In this document: one piece after another, positions 41,101 to 53,348 of the stretch | Position numbering within the stretch: position 1 is the first letter of the stretch | How the letters are laid out: every line of letters starts with the position of its first letter | Assembly: GCA_051294375.1 (NCBI GenBank) | Contig: CM119266.1 | Coordinates: 7,147,431 to 7,211,430, forward strand | DNA: 64,000 nucleotides | Direction of reading: 5' to 3' | Source: Paraspadella gotoi | Taxonomy: Eukaryota > Animalia > Chaetognatha | Notes under the pieces: generated by a model | What the model was told of the DNA's origin: nothing | What the model saw: the letters and a program-made list of their open reading frames with translations, nothing else | Databases searched by the model: none | Position numbers and translations under genes: made by a program

Positions 41101-43103
41101 TTCAACCTATCCTAGATTATCCGAAGTCAGGGTCAAGATACCCCGTGAGCCAAATCGATTGGCCTACAAATCATTAAAAATTTTTTTTACATTATTTGAT
41201 AAAAAAAAATTATTGACGTTTTTTAAATGCCAGAAATATTGATAAAAAAGGGTTTAAAGCATGCCTAAAATGCCTACCGAACATGTTGGAACAAACTCTT
41301 TGTCCCAAGAAAAAAATTATCCTTCATCTAGCAAAAGATGATTCTTTTAAGATGATTCAGTTTCTTACCTACTAATCAAAGTTTTTATTCCACAAATAAG
41401 TTATTATTATTATTATGGTCAGCGCACGCAGATCTGTCTTCTCAATAATCATTTTAGCCCCAATTTTGATGCTTAAATGCTGGCCCAAAGGCTTGAGAGT
41501 ATATCTCTTATAAAGTAACTGCTCTTCTGGACGTTATACAGGTCAATAAAGCTGAAAATATTTATACTGTAATCTTGGATAAAATTTCAGGTTGTTAATA
41601 AAGATCAATTTAAATAAAATAAAAAACGTCAATCATTTCTCTATCTCATAAAAAACAGATTACGTTTATCTCGACCAACCGACGGACCTAACGACGGACC
41701 GACTGAAAAGTGACTTATAGAGTTGCTCCACGAATACTCGCGGCGCAACTAAAAATGGTGGTTTAAGATTAAGAACTTGAAGGAATTGAACTGATTGTTA
41801 ATCAAGAGTTTATTTTAATTGTCAACCACGAGTCAGTTTTAATATGATAAATCTTCGAGAATAGTTCTGACAGTAAATGTATTGGTAAGAAAAAAGTAGT
41901 CATAGAAAAAAACAACATTTTAAATACCGTGCGCAAGAGATTAGGAAAAAAATGAAAGAGACAAACGAGACAAACGACAAAAGCTAAATGATCAATGCGT
42001 TTTCTGCGTTTTCAGGCTTCTAATGGTCCTGGCTCTATAATGTTTTAGGATTGCTTCTTTGTGACGTAGTCGTCGTCGTCGTCGTCGTCGTCGGCGTCAC
42101 ACTGTTTTTGTATAAAAACTACTACGCTTTTATAGGTTTGGCTGGGACTTACCGTTTTTTTTAAAATAAAAATTATTATAAATTATGATAACGTTTTACA
42201 AAAGTGTGCGATCATAGTAAGTTAAAAATTTAGATATGGCTTCTCATCTTGAAATAGCTTTGATATTTTCGTATTACATTTGGATTTACGTATTTTTTGT
42301 TTGAATTTCCACTTAATTATTATTTACTGCAATATGCAAATGAGATTAAAGTACTCATTATAATATCCAAATTAGTATACAGAAATGCTTTAATCTAATT
42401 TACATATTGCAGTATATAATATTGAAGATAAAATTCATCAATTTTTTTAAAATCTATAATAAAAATGGGAAATCAAAATATTTTTTTAATGAGAAGCTAT
42501 ATCTTAATTTTANNNNNNNNNNNNNNNNNNNNNNNNNNNNNNNNNNNNNNNNNNNNNNNNNNNNNNNNNNNNNNNNNNNNNNNNNNNNNNNNNNNNNNNN
42601 NNNNNNNNNNNNNNNNNNNNNNNNNNNNNNNNNNNNNNNNNNNNNNNNNNNNNNNNNNNNNNNNNNNNNNNNNNNNNNNNNNNNNNNNNNNNNNNNNNNN
42701 NNNNNNNNNNNNNNNNNNNNNNNNNNNNNNNNNNNNNNNNNNNNNNNNNNNNNNNNNNNATCTTTCGTTTTTTGAAAAATTCTGATTATTTTTTTCTTTT
42801 TTAAAAAAATATATATTTGATCAGGCGCTGCCTTTTCTGAATCGTTTTAAAACCGAGTTCAGGCTCTCTCTTTTTGAACTAGATGAACAAAAGACTTCAG
42901 TCTTATTTCATTGAAAAAAAAATAAATAGAAAGTTAATTTGATGCTTAATCACACTCTATTAAGCTATAAAACAATTTTATTTTATCACTTTTTTCTTAA
43001 TACAAAATCCCAAATTTATTTCCGAGATTTTCGTGCATTTTTATTTTTTTCTTCTAAAAACTTTTATATTTATTTTATTCTCTCTATATTTCTCTCTCAA
43101 TCA

Positions 43104-43190
<87 letters not shown>

Positions 43191-45667
43191 ATTAACTCAT
43201 CGTGTCAATGAATGACTAGCATCGCATCAATGAATGACTATCATCGCATCAATGAATGACTATCATCGCGATCAATGAATGATTATCATCGCATCAATGA
43301 TGATACATCAACATCCATCATTGGTTATCATCGCATCAATCCTTTGGTTATCATCGCATCAATATTTGGTTATCATCGATCAATATTTGTTATCATGCGC
43401 ATCATATTTGGTTATCATCAAAAGCAGGCTCGATCCCTATTGCTTTTAAGATTTATAGTATATATAAATTTATCAAGGTATATAATTGATAATATTATTT
43501 TCTGCTCAATTTCGAATTTTATGAAATCGAATGTTCGTGAACTAAAAATACCTTCTCCGAAATTCTAGTTTATTTGCGTCAGCGCTGTACTTTGTATTCT
43601 TCATTCATATTCTTCACTTTTTCGGAAGCTTTTTCTGAAACCTTTTGCTTCCTCCTCCTCCTTTTCAGCTCATCGGGATTGGCGCCCAACGGTTGGCGCC
43701 ACGCCAGCCACGACCTCCGCGCCAACTGCGACAAGTACCCGCGCAACCACAGCCTATGTCGCTCGGACTCTTCGGACGCCGTTCTCGCCTACGACGAACT
43801 CGACGAGGAAGAGAAAAGAGCGATACTCAAGAAGCATAACGATTTGAGAGCGGAAGTTAAAGCGGCAAATATGCAGAGGATGGTAAGGTTATTGGGTCAG
43901 GTGGAAGAGTGGAGAGGGTAAGGTCAAGGCGGGGAATATGCAGTGAATGGTAAAGAAAAGGTCAGGAATGATGGTAAGTTGAACAGAAAGGTGATTTGGG
44001 TCAAGTCTCAAGACTCTCGGAAAAAAGAATTTGAGAGAGAGAGAGAAAACGTGTTTTAAAATCGAGCGGAGAAAGGAAAATGAAGAAAAGTAAAAGAAAG
44101 AAAGGTGATCAGTTTACAAGCAATTACGCCACCGCGAGGGAAAAAAAATAGAAGCAAATTAATTTTATCGCTTTTGTTAAATACGTGTGATAAACCAATG
44201 GTCAAAGATAATGGTAAAGGAGTTGTTATGGCAACGAGGAGACACGGATGATGCATCTCCAGACAGATGGCGCTCAGGGCTTTGTACCTGCAGTGACCAC
44301 CCCTTGTCTATGACGACATCATCACATTTAACCAGCGAACCAGGAACTCACGGTAGGTAAACGAGTACTAAGCTGTCCAAGCCTGTGTGTTACACCAAGC
44401 GATACTGGAGGCGAATTTAGGATTCGCCCAAAATGTAACCATTAAGCGGACGATATTAGTAGCAACACACACAGGCTCCATAAATTTTTAATGTCTCTAA
44501 TTAATAATAAGTGAGGAATATTTCATGGCATACATCATCTTCTCTTTAACGAACCACAACAAATGCAAATTATGTTTGCATCGGACAAACGATGATCCAA
44601 CCGTTAAAGGGAGAGGAAGAGAAGTCGCTTTTGTGTACAACGACTTTGTGTACAAAACCTTGAAATGGATTGAACGCGACGAACGGAACATTGTCCGGCG
44701 TCCAATGAGACAAGCATGATTGGAAGCGAGCAATAAAGCACGAAGCAAGCAAAGAGGAAAACAATGCCAATGGAAGGCGATGGACGAAAGCCAATGGAGA
44801 AAGGCGAAAGTTTTTTTTCAGCGAAAAGAAAAAAAGGCCGAGTCGATGGTTGACGTGAAAAAGGATCATCCGGGATAATTATCTCTCACGTGAATGTGTG
44901 AGATGTTGAGACGTGAATATGAGAGATAAAAGATGAAGTGAGTTAAGGTGAGTTGAGATGAGAAAAGAGTCACGTTTCTCGGGTTCAAAGGGTCATAGTC
45001 GTCAACGAGGATGCGATGTCGAAGGTTCAAAGGTGCAAAGGTCAGAAAAGGTCAGAAAAGGTAGGAAAGTCATTTGTCCGGTGATTTAACGACTTTGGAA
45101 AGGAGACCCTTTCTTGGTTTTTTCTTCTTTTTTATTTCTTTTTTTTTTTGGTCCTTTTTTGTTCTCAAAGTCATTATGGGACGAACCGAGAATCAGATCG
45201 CGACTTGATGTATGTTAATCGTAACATGTTAACAGGTCAACTGAAAAGTCGGCGTAATGTTGTTTATAATTTTTGAAAACTTAAGTATTTAAATTCGTAA
45301 AAGCACAAAAAATACTTGAACGAGTGGTATTTTTATACAATTTAAACATTCTTTAAAACCTTATACCACTTCATTTATATGGAAGTCAGGTAATAAATAT
45401 ATTGTGAGATAGTTGACTCTTTATTAAGACTTGCGGGATTCTGCTATGATATCATTCTGCACCCAAACCCGATTTTCCTCCACCCCATCCCACTCACCTC
45501 AGTACTGGGACAGCGATCTGGAGCACGAGGCCCGCAATTGGGCGAGGCAATGCGATCTCTGGCACGAACCCAATCCGTTAAGGAATTTGGAAGAATATCC
45601 AGTCGGACAGAATATATTCTTTTGGTGAGTTGAAAAATGGCGGGAAGAAGTTTGAAAGGTCGGTCGC

Positions 45668-45759
<92 letters not shown>

Positions 45760-46459
45760 TTTTCTCTCTCTCCCTTCCTTTCCTCCGTTCTTCCTTCATT
45801 CTTTCCTCCCTCCCTCTCTCTTCCTCTCTATACCTCTATCATTTTTCAAGCTCTTACTATCTACCTCTTTCTTTCTCTCTCATTACCTCTCTCTACCTAT
45901 CTGCACCTCCCTCTCTCTCTCTCTCCCTCTCCCCCCTCTCCCCTTATCAGGTACGGTTACCCCCGCACAATAGAGCGCTTCAACTGGGCCGTTCAGTTCT
46001 GGTACGACGAGGGTCAGTGCTACGACTTTGCGACACAGACTTGCAACCCGATGTGCGATAAAAACAGACAAGTCACTCAGTGCGGACATTACACGCAGGT
46101 CTGTACGTCGGACTGTCCGTATTTATAAAACTACTCCTTGCTTGGTTTTTAAACTAATTTTATAGTTAAATTCATCATCATTCAATTTATCATTTTTTGG
46201 TCTTAACATCTGATTGAGATTGATCAGTATGATAATTTAGTATCTGTGTGATTTTCGAAATGCTTGGTTCTTCGCTTGGTTCAACTGTTTGATTGGTAAT
46301 GCTTGGTCCATGGCTTTCCTCGTCCATCGTCGTCGGCCTCTTCGCTAATCGAGGAGAGAGAGAGGAGGAGAGAAGTAGGAGGGAGTAGAGAGAGAGAGAG
46401 AGAAGAAGGCAAAGAGACGAACTTGGAAATACGAGGGGTCTTTTGTCTCCATAAATTCT

Positions 46460-46498
<39 letters not shown>

Positions 46499-46594
46499 CT
46501 TTTTTTCTTCTCTTTTTTTTAACACTAGCTTTTTTTTTCCGATTCTTTCTTAGTTCTTTCTTGAGAACCAAATTTGTGTGGAGGAAGAAGATAA

Positions 46595-46680
<86 letters not shown>

Positions 46681-49338
46681 AAAAGGACATCGGGGAAACC
46701 CGAAATGTAATACTCGAGACTTGACCTCGAAAAAAAATGACGCGAATGACGGATATGATGACGTCATCGACTCGACACGTCGCGACCTCAAGCGACGAAA
46801 GTCGAGAGGGAAAAAAGTGAAAACGAGGCTGACGTGTAAGCAGACGACGAGGCCGACAACGAGGCCGACGTCGTCGGCAATGTCAAATATCAAGGACGAC
46901 GACGATGAAGACGAGGAGGAAGAAAACGACGACGAAGATGAAGACGATGAGGAAGAAAACAGACTGCACGACGCACGACGATGAAAGACGATGAGACCAA
47001 CGAATGATGAAGACGAGAGGGAAGAAAACGCGACGCGACGACGACGAAGTATGAAAGACGCATGACGACACGATGATGGAACATGAGGAGAAAACGCGAA
47101 GACGACGACGACGTAAGATGAAGACGATGAAGACAGAGACGAGGTAGATAGAAGACGAGAGGAAGAAAACGGTACTGACGACGACGAGATCGAAGATGAA
47201 GACACGATGAGAAGAAACGCGGAGACGAAACGACACGAAGATGAAGACGCATGAGACAACGGATGATGAAGAGAGGAGGAAGAAACGAGACGACGACGAA
47301 GTGAAGACGATGACGACAAGATGATGCAAGACGGAGAAGTGAAGAAAACGACGCGACGAAACGACGAATGAAGCATGACAGGACACGGATAGACATGAGG
47401 AAGAAGAAACGAGCGACGACAGTGACGACGAAGATGTACGAGACGATGATTAGATCACGATGCATGAAGATGAGGAGGAAGAAAACGACGACGCGACGAA
47501 CGATTGAAAGGACGTTGACGACAAAATGATGAAGACGAGTGAGGAGAAAACGAGCGTGGCACGACGAGAAGATGAAGACGTTAGACGACAACGACGATGA
47601 GACTGAGGGAGAAGAAAACGACGACGACGCTGGACGAAGGAGAAGACGATGACGACAACGGAGATGAAGCGATGGAAGAAGAAACGAAGACGAACGATGA
47701 AGATGAAGACGATGAACCGGCGATGAGATGAGGAGGAAGAAAACGACGACGACGACGGAAGTTGGAAGACGATGACGAACAACGATGATGAGACGAGGAG
47801 GAAGAAAACGAACGATAGACGACGAAGATGAAGAACGATGACGACAACGACTAGATGAAGCAGGGGAGGAAGAAGGCACACAAGCGAAGTCGACAGACGA
47901 GAATGAAGCAATTGCGATAGACGGATTGATAGAACGACAGCGGTTGAAGACGATCGGGAGAGAGACGGAGAGAGACGACAACGATGAACTAGGAACGCGA
48001 TTGGACACGAAAGATGAAGAATACGACACAGATGAGACGAGGACGACGCGACGATGAAGATACGAACGAGATGAGACCCGAGGACGACGAACGACGACTT
48101 GAGACGAATGAAGACGATGACGACAACGACCGATGGATGAAGACGGAGGAAGAAACGACGACGAAGACGACGAAGATGAAGACGATGACGACAACGAGAT
48201 GAAGATGAGGGAAGAAACGACGACGACTAAGATGAAGGACGATGACGACAACGATGATGAAGACGAGGAGGAAGAACACGCTGACCGACGCGTATCAATG
48301 GAGTGCGAGATGAGTGAAGAAGAAGACGATGACGACTAAGACGATGAAGACGAGAGAAACGAAGACGACGACAGAATGACGGGAAACGACGATAATGACA
48401 AGACCGATCGACGGATGACACAGACGGATGATGAGACGAGAAGGAGGAAGAAAACGACGAGACGACGAGATGAGAGACGATAACGATGATGAAGACGAGG
48501 AGGAGAAAACGACGACGACGCGAGACGATGAAGACGTGACGACAACGAGATGAAGATCGAGGAGGAAGAAAACGACGATCGACGACGAAGATGAAGACGA
48601 CTGAGGACACGATCGATGAAGGAGCGAGGAGGAAGAAAACGACGAGAGACGACGAAGATGAAGAGCGATGACAGAACACGAAGATAAGATGAGGAGGAAG
48701 GAAAACGACGACGACGACGAAGATTGAAGACGATGACGACAACGATGATGAAGACGAGGAGGAAGACGACGACGACGAGTGAAGACGGTGACAAGATATG
48801 AAGACGATGAGGAAGAAAACGACGACGACGACGAAGATGAAGACGATGACGACAACGACGATGAAGACGAGGAGGAAGAAAACGACGACGAAGAGTGAGA
48901 GATGACAACGATGATGAAGACGAGGAGGAAGAAAACGACGATGATGACGACGAAGATGAAGACGATGACGACAACGACGATGAAGACGAGGGAGGAAGAA
49001 AACGAACGACGACGACGATGAAGATGAAGACGATGACGACAACGAGATGAAGACGAGGAGGAAGAAAAACGACGACGACGACGACGATGAAGACGATGAC
49101 GACAACGACGAATGAAGACGATGACGAAAAATGACAACGGAAACGTAAACATCGGATGCAATCAACTTTCTCAACGGCGACAAGCGACGATAAAAAAGAC
49201 GTCGACACATTACTAAAATTTAATAATATACTTATTACATAACAAATCAAAAACGACAACGACGAAAAAGAAACGAGAATGAAAACGAAATCTTTTTCTT
49301 TTGGGCGAAGAAAAAAAAGAAGAAAAAAAAGGGAAACT

Positions 49339-49382
<44 letters not shown>

Positions 49383-51286
49383 CTTGAACCCTAATATGGA
49401 TACTCGACGTTGACGATTAGACGTTGGATTGATGGAGTATGGCAATAGATGGCGTATGGCAATCGTTGGTGTATAGCAATAAAATGCGTATGGCAATAGA
49501 TGGCGTGTGGCAATAGATGGCGTATGACGCTAGATGGCGTGTGGCAATAGATGGCGTATGACAATAGATGTTTTGTCGAGAAATTGATGTTGTTCTTCGA
49601 TGAATTGATGTTGTTCCTCGATGAATTTATGTTGTTTGGCGGGAAACGTCGGGTGTCCATGACGGACTTGTTTTTTTCCAAGGAGAAAAGATGAGGGATG
49701 AGGGAAAAAACAATTTTTTTGAATTGCAGGCTGCTGTTTCGGTTATTGCATAGCTGAATGCGTTGAAAAACTAGAGTCAAAATTGTGTTGTTTACGCCAG
49801 AAACGTGACTATAATTGGATCAAAGACAAAGAGGTGAAATATTTTCATCCAAATATCGATTTAACGAGAATTTTAACTTTTTAAAAGACCAAAAAAATTA
49901 TTTTCATTCTCGCATTTAATCCATTTACATGATTTTAGATGCAGATTTAACTTCGACAATTTTTTTTTAGTTTTAAAAATTCCAGTTAATTTGTTCTTTC
50001 ATTGATTGGTGTCCTTAGCAATCTTTCCTGCTTGTAACTGTAAGCGAAATAAAATTGGTTGTCGACTTCAGTTGGTCTGGGCGGAGAGTACGAGGATGGG
50101 CTGCGCCTACGTGAGATGCGGCGGTGGAGGATACGAGCATCGACTCATCTGCAACTACGCGCCGACGTGAGTGTGGAAAAAGTGTGAAAATGTAAAGCGG
50201 ACTGTGAGGTGTGAGTAGAAGTTGTGAAGAGGGAAAGGGTGAGGACGTGAGGGTGACATTGAAGCGTGACAAAAGATTGTGAGTTGTGAAAGGTGAGGAC
50301 AATTTAGTATGACAAGAGATTGTGATTGGAAAATTAGTAATTGAGTAAGATGTAGATAGATAAATTATATATGTTCATGTTTATAGCATCATGGATATGA
50401 TGAGTGACTGATAGCGCCTACGATAGCCCGACTAATGACATAACAATAGCTTCGCCATCATAGCGTCGCTAATAGTGTTACTGATAGCCTCATGGTAGCG
50501 CCTCTAATTGGGTCAGTGATACTGATAGAGCCATAATAGCGCAGTTAATATCCTTACTATCATCGCTATTAACTTCTTCGCTAATGGACTGACGCGTGAA
50601 GATGTGACAACTTAAAGGTTAATGAAGATAAAGTCGCAAACGTGAAAGGCTTAAAAGCCTCTTGGAAAACAATCTTAAGGGGACAATAAAGTCGAAGCGA
50701 GATGAGAAAAGAAAAGAAAAAAACGTACAAAAGAAACGATTTTTCTTTTCTTCGTTCCCCTTAAACGAGACTCAGCAAAATGAAAAAAGGAAAAGAAAAA
50801 AATCTTGATGGGAATATGAGGATTTTTAAAGAGGAGAGGCAGAGTGGGATTTAGAGAAGGGTGATATTAGGATTTAAACTAAATTTAAACTAAATTAGGA
50901 TTTAAACTAAATATTTTTTACGATGCTGCAACATGTAAATTAGATTTAAAGAAAGAAAATACAGCTAATTCCTCAAATCGTTAAAAATCTTGATTTCAGC
51001 GGAAACATCGTGGGAAAAAATCCGTACGAACGAGGAAGACAAGCGTCTAAATGCGCCAAATCTAAGGACGGAAAATTATGCGGTAAGTGACTGTGTAATA
51101 TTGTATATTGTGTATATTGTGTATTTATGTCTTTTTAGTCGGATCTGCTTATCAGCAATCCCGACTCTATAACTCACTTTGTCGTCCGTCGGTCCGCCCC
51201 CACATATTTGTCGGCACACACTTATATCATGTCAGAACATCGAATTATGATAAATTATTGCAAAAAAAATGATGTCCGTCCGTGCC

Positions 51287-51369
<83 letters not shown>

Positions 51370-52365
51370 CGTCGCGTCCGTCGCCGTCCCACCTTAGCAA
51401 AAAACACCAATTACTCGTGATTGGATGGATGGATTTAAATGAAATTTTGTGTGTGAGGATAGGTAAGTGTGTGATTGAGCTGGATATAAGTTCGATGGAA
51501 TCGTCCGAGTGGAAATGAGTTTAAATGAAAAAAAAAAAAATATATTCACTATTTGAACACCAATTGCTCATGAGTGGATGGGCTGATTGACCTGGAATTT
51601 TGTATGTGGGAAGGAAAGTGTGTGATTGAACAGGAAATCAAGTTTCGATGGAATAGTTTGAGTGGAAATGAGTTTTAAATTGAAAAAACAAAAAACCTGT
51701 TTTACTAATTGATTATGCTTCTTTTTCCTTTATATTAAATGTATATGCAGGATGTATTAATAAATCAAATTATATCAGTTAATTAATCAATTAGTAAATA
51801 AATTAATCATAATTAATTAATTAGTCAATCAATCCGTCCATCGGTCCCATCTTAGCAAAAGCTCCAATAACTCTGATTGGCTGGTTGGATTGGAATTAAA
51901 TTTTGTGTGTGAGTAGGAAAGTGTGTGATAAAGCTGGATATAAAGTTTCGATGGAATCGTGTGAGTGGAAATTAGTTTAAATGGAAAAAACATAAGTCAA
52001 ATTTACTAAAATCTTTTTACTTATTTTAAACCAATAAATACTCTAATTAATCATAATTGGATGGATAGATTGAATTGAAATTTTTGTGTGGGTAGGAAAA
52101 TGTGTGACGAAGCTTGATTAAAAGTTTCAGTGGAACATACCAGTGAAATGAGTTTAAATGAAAAAATATGAGTCACATTTACTTGAATCTTTTTATTTAT
52201 TTTAACCCATGATAGATTGAGATGAAATTTTGTGATCCAGTAGGAAAGTGAGTGAAGAAGCTAGATATAAAGTTTTGACGGAATGCAAGTTGAAAAAATG
52301 ATGCAAGTTGAAAAAATGATGCAAGTTAAAAAATCTTAAAAGCATAAGGATCGTCGCTATTGCAT

Positions 52366-52406
<41 letters not shown>

Positions 52407-52800
52407 GAGAGAGAGTGAGAGAGAAAGAAGAGAGTAGAGAGAAAGAGAAAGAGAGTGAGAGAGAGAGAGGAGAGAGAAGGAGACATAAAATAAAAAATCT
52501 TAAAGACTCAAGATCGAGCCAGAGCCACTATCAAAAAAATTAATGAAAAAACCCGGAAAAAAAACGAATAAATCATGCGATAACGAATTATTGATGTAAT
52601 AGTAATTGATTGAGGTAATACTAATTGATTGATGTAATAGTAATTTATTGATGTAATAGGAATTGATTATTGATTCGATGATAATCAATTATTGATGCGA
52701 TGATAGTAATTCACTGCTGTGATGATATCATTCACTGATCGATGATTGTCATTCATTGATGCGATGATAGTCAATAAAACAAACAAATGCGTGAATGAGT

Positions 52801-52875
<75 letters not shown>

Positions 52876-53307
52876 GAGAGAAAGAAGAGAATAAATCCAC
52901 GAAAATCTCGGATGAAAATATGGGATTTTGTATTGAAAAAAAGCGCGGAATAAATGGTTATAATAAAAAGTTTTTAGAAGGAAAAAAATAATCAGAATTT
53001 TTCAAAAAACAAACGATCACGCAAGAGATCGGACAGAGAGGGACAGACACACACAGAGAGAAAAAGAGAGAAAGAGACAGCCGCTGCAGAGAAAAAGAGA
53101 GAGAGAAAGAGCGATATATAATAATTAAAAGAGAGAGAGAGAGAGAAGCTCTAGAGCCCCTTTACTCGTTAAAGAATCAGCAGTACCTATGGCGCCGGAC
53201 GTAGCGTGAGCTCTTCTTTACCCAAAGGACCGGGTTCGCACCCTGTTCGGGCATCGTTTTTTACATTATTGAGCCCACATTATATCTAAAATTTTTTTGG
53301 TAAAAAA

Positions 53308-53348
<41 letters not shown>

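Larger units (their letters stand above)
34757..43808. repeat. ~4.5-kb-arm inverted duplication centred on a 25-N gap
   Basis: 34757-39320 is the reverse complement of 39346-43808 throughout. It includes an indel-ridden, truncated copy of CAP exon 3 (34757-~34900). Confidence 0.9.

Noticed and set aside
46525-49496. Long Ser/Val/Arg-rich minus-strand ORFs (up to 453 aa)
   Set aside because: Antisense shadows of the GAC/GAA repeat.
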